From the NCBI GenBank assembly GCA_964016885.1, contig CAXHJY010000078.1:62001-126000 (forward strand): a stretch of DNA of 64,000 nt. Reading direction: 5' to 3'. The stretch comes from Eledone cirrhosa (Eukaryota). Positions 39,801-57,335 of the stretch are shown here, piece by piece. A program made the translations under genes and the position numbers. The notes beneath the pieces are model-generated. The model was not told the DNA's origin. It did no database searches and worked only from the letters and a program-made list of their open reading frames with translations. The stretch's first letter is position 1, and every line of letters begins with the position of its first letter.

Positions 39801-42800
39801 ACACCTAGACCAACACACACCAACACCAAGACACACCAACGCCAACACACACCAACACACACCAACACACACCAACACCAACAACACACCAACAAACACC
39901 AACACACACCAACAAACACCAACACACACCAACACACACCAACACCAACACACACCAACACCAACACACACCAACACCAACACACACCAACACCAACACA
40001 CACCAACACCAACAAACACCAACACCAACAAACACCAACACCAACAAACACCAACACACACCAACACACACCAACACCAACAAACACCAACACACACCAA
40101 CACCAACACACACCAACACACGCCAACACCAACACGCACCAACACACGCCAACACCAACACGCACCAACACCAACACGCACCAACACCAACAAACACCAA
40201 CACCAACAAACACAAACACCAACAAACACCAACACCAACAAACACCAACACCAACAAACACCAACACGCACCAACACCAACACGCACCAACACCAACAAA
40301 CACCAACACCAACAAACACCAACACCAAAAAACACCAACACCAACAAACACCAACACCGACAAACACCAACACCAACCAACACCAACAAACACCAACACT
40401 AACAAACACCAACACCCACACACACCAACACCAACATACACCAACACACACCAACACACACCAACACCAACACACACCAACACCAACACACACCAACACC
40501 AACACACCAGCACCAACAAACACCAACACACATCAACAGCAACACACACCAACAGCAACACACACCAACAGCAACAAACACCAACACACACCAACACCAA
40601 CAAACACCAACACCAACAAACACCAACACCAACACACACCAACACACACCAACACCGACATACACCAACACCAACATACACCAACACCAACACCAACACA
40701 CACCAACACCAACACACACCAACACCAACAAACACCAACACCAACAAACACCAACACCAACAAACACCAACACCAACAAACACCAACACCAACCAACACC
40801 AACAAACACCAACAAACACCAACACCAACACCAACCAACACCAACAAACACCAACACCAACAAACACCAACAAACACCAACAAACACCAACACCAACCAA
40901 CACAAACAAACACCAACACACACCAACACACACCAACACACACCAACACACACCAACACCAACAAACACCAACACCAACACACACCAACACACACCAACA
41001 CACACCAACAAACACCAACGCCAACACACACCAACACCAACAAACACCAACACCAACAAACACCAACACCAACACACACCAACACCAACACACACCAACA
41101 CCAACACACACCAACACACACCAACACACACCAACACACACCAACACCAACACACACCAACACCAACACTCACCAACACCAACACACACCAACACCAACA
41201 CACACCAACACCAACACACACCAACACCAACACACACCAACACCAACACACACCAACACCAACACACACCAACACCAACACACACCAACACCAACAAACA
41301 CCAACACCAACAAACACCAACACCAACAAACACCAACACCAACAAACACCAACACCAACAAACACCAACAAACACCAACACCAACAAACACCAACACCAA
41401 CAAACACCAACACACACCAACACACACCAACACCAACAAACACCAACACCAACAAACACCAACACCAACAAACACCAACACCAACAAACACCAACACCAA
41501 CAAACACCAACACCAACAAACACCAACACCAACAAACACCAACACACACCAACACCAACAAACACCAACACACACCAACACCAACAAACACCAACACCAA
41601 CACACACCAACACCAACACACACCAACACCAACACACACCAACACCAACACACACCAACACCAACAAACACCAACACCAACACACACCAACACCAACATA
41701 CACCAACACCAACACACACCAACACACACCAACACCAACACCAACACACACCAACACCAACATACATCAACACCAACACACACCAACACACACCAACACC
41801 AACACACACCAACACACACCAACACCAACACACACCAACACACACCAACACCAACAAACACCAACACCAACCAACACCAACACCAACCAACACCAACACC
41901 AACAAACACCAACACCAACACACACCAACACCAACATACTTCAACACCAACACGCACCAACACACACCAACACCAACAAACACCAACAAACACCAACAAA
42001 CACCAACAAACACCAACACCAAGAAACACCAAGAAACACCACCAACAAACACCAACACCAACACACACCAAGAAACACAAACACCAAAACACACCAACAC
42101 CAACACACACCAACACCAACACACACCAACACACACCAACACACACCAACAAACACCAACACCAACACACACCAACAGCAACAAACACCAACGCCAACAC
42201 ACACCAACACCAACACACATCAACACCAACACACACCAACAAACACCAACACACACCAACACCAACACACACCAACACACACCAACACACACCAACAAAC
42301 ACCAAAACACACCAACACACACCAACACACCAACACCAAAACTCACCAACACCAACACACACCAACACCAACACACACCAACACCAACAAACACCAACAC
42401 CAACAAACACCAACACCAACAAACACCAACACCCACAAACACCAACAAACACCAACACACACCAACACACACCAACACCAACACACACCAACACCAACAC
42501 ACACCAACACCAACACACACCAACACACGCCAACACCAACACACACCAACACGCACCAACACCAACAAACACCAACGCCAACAAACACCAACACCAACAA
42601 ACACCAACACCAACCAACACCAACAAATACCAACACTAACAAACACCAACACCCACACACACCAACACCAACATACACCAACACCAACACACACCAACAC
42701 CAACACCAACACACACCAACACCAACACACACCAACACCAACACACACCAGCACCAACACACACCAACACCAACAAACACCAACACACACCAACACCAAC

Positions 42801-45117
42801 AAACACCAACACCAACAAACACCAACACCAACAAGCACCAACACACACCAACACCGACAAACACCAACACCAACCAACACCAACAAACACCAACACTAAC
42901 AAACACCAACAAACACCAACACTAACAAACACCAACACCCACACACACCAACACCAACATACACCAACACCAACACACACCAACAGCAACAAACACCAAC
43001 ACACACCAACACCAACAAACACCAACACCAACAAACACCAACACCAACAAACACCAACACCAACCAACACCAACATACACCAACACCAACATACACCAAC
43101 ACCAACAAACACCAACACCAACAAACACCAACACCACCAACACCAACACACGCCAACACCAACACACGCCAACACCAACACACGCCAACACCAACACACG
43201 CCAACACACACCAACACCAACAAACACCAACACCAACAAACAACAACACACACCAACACCAACACACACCAACACCAACAAACACCAACACCAACACACA
43301 CCAACACCAACAAACACCAACACACACCAACACACACCAACACCAACACCAACACCAACAAACACCAACACGCACCAACACCAACAAACACCAACACCAA
43401 CAAACACCAACACCAACAAACACCAACACGAACAAACACCAACACCAACAAACACCAACACACACCAACACCAACAAACACCAACACCAACAAACACCAA
43501 CAAACACCAACACACACCAACACACACCAACACACACCAACACCAACAAACACCAACACCAACAAACACCAACACCAACAAACACCAACACACACCAACA
43601 CCAACAAACACCAACAAACACCAACACAAACACCAACAAACACCAACACAAACACCAACAAACACCAACACAAACACCAACACACACCAACACCAACACA
43701 CACCAACACACACCAACACCAACAAACACCAACACACACCAACACCAACACACACCAACACCAACACACACCAACACCAACAAACACCAACACCAACACA
43801 CACCAACACCAACACACACCAACACCAACACACACCAACACCAACACACACCAACACCAACACACACCAACACACACCAACACCAACACACACCAATACC
43901 AACAAACACCAACTCCAACAAACACCTAGACCAACACACACCAACACCAAGACACACCAACGCCAACACACACCAACACACACCAACACACACCAACACC
44001 AACAACACACCAACAAACACCAACACACACCAACAAACACCAACACACACCAACACACACCAACACCAACACACACCAACACCAACACACACCAACACCA
44101 ACACACACCAACACCAACACACACCAACACCAACAAACACCAACACCAACAAACACCAACACCAACAAACACCAACACCAACAAACACCAACACACACCA
44201 ACACACACCAACACCAACAAACACCAACACACACCAACACCAACACACACCAACACACGCCAACACCAACACGCACCAACACACGCCAACACCAACACGC
44301 ACCAACACCAACACGCACCAACACCAACAAACACCAACACCAACAAACACAAACACCAACAAACACCAACACCAACAAACACCAACACCAACAAACACCA
44401 ACACGCACCAACACCAACACGCACCAACACCAACAAACACCAACACCAACAAACACCAACACCAAAAAACACCAACACCAACAAACACCAACACCGACAA
44501 ACACCAACACCAACCAACACCAACAAACACCAACACTAACAAACACCAACACCCACACACACCAACACCAACATACACCAACACACACCAACACACACCA
44601 ACACCAACACACACCAACACCAACACACACCAACACCAACACACCAGCACCAACAAACACCAACACACATCAACAGCAACACACACCAACAGCAACACAC
44701 ACCAACAGCAACAAACACCAACACACACCAACACCAACAAACACCAACACCAACAAACACCAACACCAACACACACCAACACACACCAACACCGACATAC
44801 ACCAACACCAACATACACCAACACCAACACCAACACACACCAACACCAACACACACCAACACCAACAAACACCAACACCAACAAACACCAACACCAACAA
44901 ACACCAACACCAACAAACACCAACACCAACCAACACCAACAAACACCAACAAACACCAACACCAACACCAACCAACACCAACAAACACCAACACCAACAA
45001 ACACCAACAAACACCAACAAACACCAACACCAACCAACACAAACAAACACCAACACACACCAACACACACCAACACACACCAACACACACCAACACCAAC
45101 AAACACCAACACCAACA
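36860..45117. repeat. Tandem higher-order duplication, period 4121 bp (4137 after one extra 16-bp unit)
   Basis: Rare variants recur at a fixed offset: cacctagac ~39805/43926, plus ORF-track twins 37049/41170, 37820/41941, 38222/42343, 38515/42636 (4121) and 40399/44536, 40533/44670 (4137). Boundaries are approximate. Confidence 0.9.
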
Positions 45118-48100
45118 AACACCAACAAACACCAACACCAACAAACACCAACAAACACCAATACACACCAACACACACCAACAACAACCAACACCAACAC
45201 ACACCAACACACACTAACACCAACACACACCAACACCAACACACACCAACACCAACAAACACCAACACCAACACACAGCAACACCAACAAACACCAACAC
45301 CAACAAACACCAACAAACACCAACACCAACAAACACCAACACCAACAAACACCAACAAACACCAACACCAACAAACACCAACAAACACCAACACCAACAA
45401 ACACCAACACACACCAACACCAACACACACCAACACACACCAACACCAACACACACCAACACCAACAAACACCAACACACACCAACACCAACAAACACCA
45501 ACACACACCAACACCAACACACACCAACACCAACACACACCAACACCAACACACACCAACACCAACACACACCAACACCAACACACACCAACACCAACAC
45601 ACACCAACACCAACACACACCAACAAACACCAACAAACACCAACACACACCAACACCAACACACACACACACACACACACACAAACACCAACACACACCA
45701 ACACCAACACACACCAACACCAACACACACCAACACCAACAAACACCAACACACACCAACACCAACACACACCAACACCAACACACACCAACACCAACAC
45801 ACACCAACACCAACACACACCAACACACACCAACACCAACACCAACACCAACAAACACCAACACCAACAGACACCAACACCAACAAACACCAACACCAAC
45901 AAACTCCAACACACACCAACACCAACACACACCAACACCTACACCAACAAACACCAACATCAACAAACACCGACACCAACACACACCAACACCAACAAAC
46001 ACCAACACCAACACCAACAAACACCAACACACACCTACACCAACACACGCCAACACCAACACACGCCAACACCAACATACACCAACACACTCCAACACCA
46101 ACACACACCAACACCAACACACACCAACAAACACCAACACCAACAAACACCAACACACACCAACACCAACACACGCCAACACCAACACACGCCAACACCA
46201 ACACACGCCAACACCAACACACGCCAACACCAACACACACCAACACCAACAAACACCAACACCAACACACACCAACACACGCCAACAACAACACAAACCA
46301 ACACCAACAAACACCAACAACTACACACGCCAACACCAACAAACACCAACACCAACAAACACCAACACCAACAAACACCAACAAACACCAACACCAACAT
46401 ACACTAACACCAACAAACACCAACACCAACACACACACCAACCCCAACAAACACCAAAACCAACAAACACCAAAACCAACAAACACCAACACCAACACAC
46501 ACCAACACCAACACACACCAACACACACCAACACACACCAACACCAACACCAACACACACCAACACCAACAAACACCAAGACCAACAAACGCCAACACAC
46601 CAACACCAACACACACCAACACACACCAACAAACACCAACACCAACACACACCAACACCTACAAACACCAACACCAACAAACACCAACACCAACAAACAC
46701 CAACACCAACAAACACCAACAAACACCAACACACACCAACACACACCAACACCAACACAGACCAACACCAACACACACCAGCACCAACACACACCAACAC
46801 CAACAAACACCAACACACACCAACAGCAACAAACACCAACACACACCAACAGCAATAAACACCAACAAACACCAACACCAACAAACACCAACACCAACAA
46901 ACACCAACACACACCAACACACGCCAACACCAACACACGCCAACACCAACACACGCCAACACCAACACACACCAACACCAACAAACACCAACACCAACAA
47001 ACACCAACACCAACACACACCAACACCAACACACACCAACACCAACACACACCAACGCCAACACACACCAACACCAACACACACCAACACCAACAAACAC
47101 CAACACACACCAACACACACCAACACCAACACCAACACCAACAAACACCAACACGCACCAACACCAACAAACACCAACAGCAACAAACACCAACACCAAC
47201 AAACACCAACACCAACAAACACCAACACCAACAAACACCAACACACACCAACACCAAGACACACCAACACCAACACACACCAACACCAACACACACCAAC
47301 AAACACCAACACACACCAACACCAACACACACCAACACACCAACAAACACCAACACACACCAACAAACACCAACACACACCAACACACACCAACACACAC
47401 CAACACACACTAACACCAACACTGACCAACACCAACACTGACCAACACCAACACACACCAACACCAACAAACACCAACACACACCAACACCAACACACAC
47501 CAACACCAACACACACCAACACCAACAAACACCAACACCAACAAACACCAACACCAACAAACACCAACACACACCAACAAACACCAACACCAACAAACAC
47601 CAACACACACCAACACACACCAACACCAACACACACCAACACACACCAACACCAACAAACACCAACACACACCAACACACACCAACACACACCAACACCA
47701 ACAAACACCAACACCAACAAACACCAACACCAACAAACACCAACAAACACCAACAAACACCAACAAACACCAACACAAACACCAACACACACCAACACCA
47801 ACACACACCAACACCAACACACACCAACACCAACACACACCAACACCAACAAACACCAACACCAACACACACCAACACCAACACACACCAACACCAACAC
47901 ACACCAACACACACCAACACCAACACACACCAACACCAACAAACACCAACACCAACACACACCAACACACACCAACACCAACAAACACCAACACCAACAA
48001 ACACCAACACCAACAAACACCTACACCAACACACACCAACACCAAGACACACCAACACCAACACACACCAACACACACCAACAAACACCAACACACACCA

Positions 48101-48299
48101 ACACCAACACACACCAACACACCAACAAACACCAACAAACACCAACACACACCAACACACACCAACACACACCAACACACACCAACACACACTAACACCA
48201 ACACTGACCAACACCAACACTGACCAACACCAACACACACCAACACACGCCAACACCAACACGCACCAACACCAACACGCACCAACACCAACAAACACC

Positions 48300-50375
48300 A
48301 ACACCAACAAACACCAACACCAACAAACACCAACACCAACAAACACCAACACACACCAACACCGACAAACACCAACACCAACCAACACCAACAAACACCA
48401 ACACTAACAAACACCAACACCCACACACACCAACACCAACATACACCAACACCAACACACACCAACACCAACAAACACCAACACACACCAACACACACCA
48501 ACACCAACAAACACCAACACACACCAACACCAACACACACCAACACACGCCAACACCAACACGCACCAACACACGCCAACACCAACACGCACCAACACCA
48601 ACACGCACCAACACCAACAAACACCAACACCAACAAACACAAACACCAACAAACACCAACACCAACAAACACCAACACCAACAAACACCAACACGCACCA
48701 ACACCAACACGCACCAACACCAACAAACACCAACACCAACAAACACCAACACCAAAAAACACCAACACCAACAAACACCAACACCGACAAACACCAACAC
48801 CAACCAACACCAACAAACACCAACACTAACAAACACCAACACCCACACACACCAACACCAACATACACCAACACACACCAACACACACCAACACACACCA
48901 ACACCAACACACACCAACACCAACACACACCAACACCAACACACCAGCACCAACAAACACCAACACACATCAACAGCAACACACACCAACAGCAACACAC
49001 ACCAACAGCAACAAACACCAACACACACCAACACCAACAAACACCAACACCAACAAACACCAACACCAACACACACCAACACACACCAACACCGACATAC
49101 ACCAACACCAACATACACCAACACCAACACCAACACACACCAACACCAACACACACCAACACCAACAAACACCAACACCAACAAACACCAACACCAACAA
49201 ACACCAACACCAACAAACACCAACACCAACCAACACCAACAAACACCAACAAACACCAACACCAACACCAACCAACACCAACAAACACCAACACCAACAA
49301 ACACCAACAAACACCAACAAACACCAACACCAACCAACACAAACAAACACCAACACACACCAACACACACCAACACCAACACACACCAACACACACCAAC
49401 ACCAACAAACACCAACACCAACAAACACCAACAAACACCAACACCAACAAACACCAACAAACACCAATACACACCAACACACACCAACAACAACCAACAC
49501 CAACACACACCAACACACACCAACACACACTAACACCAACACACACCAACACCAACACACACCAACACCAACAAACACCAACACCAACACACACCAACAC
49601 CAACAAACACCAACACCAACAAACACCAACACCAACAAACACCAACACCAACAAACACCAACACCAACCAACACCAACAAACACCAACAAACACCAACAC
49701 CAACACCAACCAACACCAACAAACACCAACACCAACAAACACCAACAAACACCAACAAACACCAACACCAACCAACACAAACAAACACCAACACACACCA
49801 ACACACACCAACACCAACACACACCAACACACACCAACACCAACAAACACCAACACCAACAAACACCAACAAACACCAACACCAACAAACACCAACAAAC
49901 ACCAATACACACCAACACACACCAACAACAACCAACACCAACACACACCAACACACACTAACACCAACACACACCAACACCAACACACACCAACACCAAC
50001 AAACACCAACAGCAACACACAGCAACACCAACAAACACCAACACCAACAAACACCAACAAACACCAACACCAACAAACACCAACACCAACAAACACCAAC
50101 AAACACCAACACCAACAAACACCAACAAACACCAACACCAACAAACACCAACACACACCAACACCAACACACACCAACACACACCAACACCAACACACAC
50201 CAACACCAACACACACCAACACCAACAAACACCAACACACACCAACACCAACAAACACCAACACACACCAACACCAACACACACCAACACCAACACACAC
50301 CAACACCAACACCAACACACACCAACACCAACACACACCAACAAACACCAACAAACACCAACACACACCAACACC

Positions 50376-50411
<36 letters not shown>

Positions 50412-52915
50412 CCAACACACACCAACACCAACACACACCAACACCAACACACACCAACACCAACACACACCAACACCAACACACACCAACACCAACACAC
50501 ACCAACACCAACACACACCAACACCAACACACACCAACACCAACAAACACCAACACACACCAACACCAACACACACCAACACCAACACACACCAACACCA
50601 ACACACACCAACACACACCAACACCAACACACACCAACACACACCAACACCAACACCAACACCAACAAACACCAACACCAACAGACACCAACACCAACAA
50701 ACACCAACACCAACAAACTCCAACACACACCAACACCAACACACACCAACACCTACACCAACAAACACCAACATCAACAAACACCGACACCAACACACAC
50801 CAACACCAACAAACACCAACACCAACACCAACAAACACCAACACCAACAAACACCAACACCAACAAACACCAACACCAACAAACACCAACACACACCAAC
50901 ACCGACAAACACCAACACCAACCAACACCAACAAACACCAACACTAACAAACACCAACACCCACACACACCAACACCAACATACACCAACACCAACACAC
51001 ACCAACACCAACAAACACCAACACACACCAACACACACCAACACCAACAAACACCAACACACACCAACACCAACACACACCAACACACGCCAACACCAAC
51101 ACGCACCAACACACGCCAACACCAACACGCACCAACACCAACACGCACCAACACCAACAAACACCAACACCAACAAACACAAACACCAACAAACACCAAC
51201 ACCAACAAACACCAACACCAACAAACACCAACACGCACCAACACCAACACGCACCAACACCAACACGCACCAACACCAACAAACACCAACACCAACAAAC
51301 ACCAACACCAAAAAACACCAACACCAACAAACACCAACACCGACAAACACCAACACCAACCAACACCAACAAACACCAACACTAACAAACACCAACACCC
51401 ACACACACCAACACCAACATACACCAACACACACCAACACACACCAACACCAACACACACCAACACCAACACACACCAACACCAACACACCAGCACCAAC
51501 AAACACCAACACACATCAACAGCAACACACACCAACAGCAACACACACCAACAGCAACAAACACCAACACACACCAACACCAACAAACACCAACACCAAC
51601 AAACACCAACACCAACACACACCAACACACACCAACACCGACATACACCAACACCAACATACACCAACACCAACACCAACACACACCAACACCAACACAC
51701 ACCAACACCAACAAACACCAACACCAACAAACACCAACACCAACAAACACCAACACCAACAAACACCAACACCAACCAACACCAACAAACACCAACAAAC
51801 ACCAACACCAACACCAACCAACACCAACAAACACCAACACCAACAAACACCAACAAACACCAACAAACACCAACACCAACCAACACAAACAAACACCAAC
51901 ACACACCAACACACACCAACACCAACACACACCAACACACACCAACACCAACAAACACCAACACCAACAAACACCAACAAACACCAACACCAACAAACAC
52001 CAACAAACACCAATACACACCAACACACACCAACAACAACCAACACCAACACACACCAACACACACCAACACACACTAACACCAACACACACCAACACCA
52101 ACACACACCAACACCAACAAACACCAACACCAACACACACCAACACCAACAAACACCAACACCAACAAACACCAACACCAACAAACACCAACACCAACAA
52201 ACACCAACACCAACCAACACCAACAAACACCAACAAACACCAACACCAACACCAACCAACACCAACAAACACCAACACCAACAAACACCAACAAACACCA
52301 ACAAACACCAACACCAACCAACACAAACAAACACCAACACACACCAACACACACCAACACCAACACACACCAACACACACCAACACCAACAAACACCAAC
52401 ACCAACAAACACCAACAAACACCAACACCAACAAACACCAACAAACACCAATACACACCAACACACACCAACAACAACCAACACCAACACACACCAACAC
52501 ACACTAACACCAACACACACCAACACCAACACACACCAACACCAACAAACACCAACAGCAACACACAGCAACACCAACAAACACCAACACCAACAAACAC
52601 CAACAAACACCAACACCAACAAACACCAACACCAACAAACACCAACAAACACCAACACCAACAAACACCAACAAACACCAACACCAACAAACACCAACAC
52701 ACACCAACACCAACACACACCAACACACACCAACACCAACACACACCAACACCAACAAACACCAACACACACCAACACCAACAAACACCAACACACACCA
52801 ACACCAACACACACCAACACCAACACACACCAACACCAACACACACCAACACCAACACACACCAACACCAACACACACCAACAAACACCAACAAACACCA
52901 ACACACACCAACACC

Positions 52916-52951
<36 letters not shown>

Positions 52952-53400
52952 CCAACACACACCAACACCAACACACACCAACACCAACACACACCAACAC
53001 CAACACACACCAACACCAACACACACCAACACCAACACACACCAACACCAACACACACCAACACCAACACACACCAACACCAACACACACCAACACCAAC
53101 AAACACCAACACACACCAACACCAACACACACCAACACCAACACACACCAACACCAACACACACCAACACACACCAACACCAACACACACCAACACACAC
53201 CAACACCAACACCAACACCAACAAACACCAACACCAACAGACACCAACACCAACAAACACCAACACCAACAAACTCCAACACACACCAACACCAACACAC
53301 ACCAACACCTACACCAACAAACACCAACATCAACAAACACCGACACCAACACACACCAACACCAACAAACACCAACACCAACACCAACAAACACCAACAC
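48300..53400. repeat. Tandem higher-order duplication, period ~2546 bp, each copy containing a 428-bp internal duplication
   Basis: Marker offsets 48970/51516, 49530/52076, 49958/52504 (2546); 49530/49958 and 52076/52504 (428). Boundaries are approximate. Confidence 0.82.
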
Positions 53401-56400
53401 ACACCTACACCAACACACGCCAACACCAACACACGCCAACACCAACATACACCAACACACTCCAACACCAACACACACCAACACACACCAACAAACACCA
53501 ACACCAACAAACACCAACACACACCAACACCAACACACGCCAACACCAACACACGCCAACACCAACACACGCCAACACCAACACACGCCAACACCAACAC
53601 ACACCAACACCAACAAACACCAACACCAACACACACCAACACACGCCAACAACAACACAAACCAACACCAACAAACACCAACAACTACACACGCCAACAC
53701 CAACAAACACCAACACCAACAAACACCAACACCAACAAACACCAACAAACACCAACACCAACATACACTAACACCAACAAACACCAACACCAACACACAC
53801 ACCAACCCCAACAAACACCAAAACCAACAAACACCAAAACCAACAAACACCAACACCAACACACACCAACACCAACACACACCAACACACACCAACACCA
53901 ACACACACCAACACCAACACCAACACACACCAACACCAACAAACACCAAGACCAACAAACGCCAACACACCAACACCAACACACACCAACACACACCAAC
54001 AAACACCAACACCAACACACACCAACACCTACAAACACCAACACCAACAAACACCAACACCAACAAACACCAACACCAACAAACACCAACAAACACCAAC
54101 ACACACCAACACACACCAACACCAACACAGACCAACACCAACACACACCAGCACCAACACACACCAACACCAACAAACACCAACACACACCAACAGCAAC
54201 AAACACCAACACACACCAACAGCAATAAACACCAACAAACACCAACACCAACAAACACCAACACCAACAAACACCAACACACACCAACACACGCCAACAC
54301 CAACACACGCCAACACCAACACACGCCAACACCAACACACACCAACACCAACAAACACCAACACCAACAAACACCAACACCAACACACACCAACACCAAC
54401 ACACACCAACACCAACACACACCAACGCCAACACACACCAACACCAACACACACCAACACCAACAAACACCAACACACACCAACACACACCAACACCAAC
54501 ACCAACACCAACAAACACCAACACGCACCAACACCAACAAACACCAACAGCAACAAACACCAACACCAACAAACACCAACACCAACAAACACCAACACAC
54601 ACCAACACCAAGACACACCAACACCAACACACACCAACACCAACACACACCAACAAACACCAACACACACCAACACCAACACACACCAACACACCAACAA
54701 ACACCAACAAACACCAACACACACCAACACACACCAACACACACCAACACACACTAACACCAACACTGACCAACACCAACACTGACCAACACCAACACAC
54801 ACCAACACCAACAAACACCAACACACACCAACACCAACACACACCAACACCAACACACACCAACACCAACAAACACCAACACCAACAAACACCAACACCA
54901 ACAAACACCAACACACACCAACAAACACCAACACCAACAAACACCAACACACACCAACACACACCAACACCAACACACACCAACACACACCAACACCAAC
55001 AAACACCAACACACACCAACACACACCAACACACACCAACACCAACAAACACCAACACCAACAAACACCAACACCAACAAACACCAACAAACACCAACAA
55101 ACACCAACAAACACCAACACAAACACCAACACACACCAACACCAACACACACCAACACCAACACACACCAACACCAACACACACCAACACCAACACACAC
55201 CAACACCAACAAACACCAACACCAACAAACACCAACACCAACACACACCAACACCAACACACACCAACACCAACACACACCAACACACACCAACACCAAC
55301 ACACACCAACACCAACAAACACCAACACCAACACACACCAACACACACCAACACCAACAAACACCAACACCAACAAACACCTACACCAACACACACCAAC
55401 ACCAAGACACACCAACACCAACACACACCAACACACACCAACAAACACCAACACACACCAACACCAACACACACCAACACACCAACAAACACCAACAAAC
55501 ACCAACACACACCAACACACACCAACACACACCAACACACACCAACACACACTAACACCAACACTGACCAACACCAACACTGACCAACACCAACACACAC
55601 CAACACACGCCAACACCAACACGCACCAACACCAACACGCACCAACACCAACAAACACCAACACCAACAAACACCAACACCAACAAACACCAACACCAAC
55701 AAACACCAACACACACCAACACCGACAAACACCAACACCAACCAACACCAACAAACACCAACACTAACAAACACCAACACCCACACACACCAACACCAAC
55801 ATACACCAACACCAACACACACCAACACCAACAAACACCAACACACACCAACACACACCAACACCAACAAACACCAACACACACCAACACCAACACACAC
55901 CAACACACGCCAACACCAACACGCACCAACACACGCCAACACCAACACGCACCAACACCAACACGCACCAACACCAACAAACACCAACACCAACAAACAC
56001 AAACACCAACAAACAGCAACACCAACAAACACCAACACCAACAAACACCAACACGCACCAACACCAACACGCACCAACACCAACAAACACCAACACCAAC
56101 AAACACCAACACCAAAAAACACCAACACCAACAAACACCAACACCGACAAACACCAACACCAACCAACACCAACAAACACCAACACTAACAAACACCAAC
56201 ACCCACACACACCAACACCAACATACACCAACACACACCAACACACACCAACACCAACACACACCAACACCAACACACACCAACACCAACACACCAGCAC
56301 CAACAAACACCAACACACATCAACAGCAACACACACCAACAGCAACACACACCAACAGCAACAAACACCAACACACACCAACACCAACAAACACCAACAC

Positions 56401-57297
56401 CAACAAACACCAACACCAACACACACCAACACACACCAACACCGACATACACCAACACCAACATACACCAACACCAACACCAACACACACCAACACCAAC
56501 ACACACCAACACCAACAAACACCAACACCAACAAACACCAACACCAACAAACACCAACACCAACAAACACCAACACCAACCAACACCAACAAACACCAAC
56601 AAACACCAACACCAACACCAACCAACACCAACAAACACCAACACCAACAAACACCAACAAACACCAACAAACACCAACACCAACCAACACAAACAAACAC
56701 CAACACACACCAACACACACCAACACCAACACACACCAACACACACCAACACCAACAAACACCAACACCAACAAACACCAACAAACACCAACACCAACAA
56801 ACACCAACAAACACCAATACACACCAACACACACCAACAACAACCAACACCAACACACACCAACACACACTAACACCAACACACACCAACACCAACACAC
56901 ACCAACACCAACAAACACCAACACCAACACACAGCAACACCAACAAACACCAACACCAACAAACACCAACAAACACCAACACCAACAAACACCAACACCA
57001 ACAAACACCAACAAACACCAACACCAACAAACACCAACAAACACCAACACCAACAAACACCAACACACACCAACACCAACACACACCAACACACACCAAC
57101 ACCAACACACACCAACACCAACAAACACCAACACACACCAACACCAACAAACACCAACACACACCAACACCAACACACACCAACACCAACACACACCAAC
57201 ACCAACACACACCAACACCAACACACACCAACACCAACACACACCAACACCAACACACACCAACAAACACCAACAAACACCAACACACACCAACACC

Positions 57298-57335
<38 letters not shown>

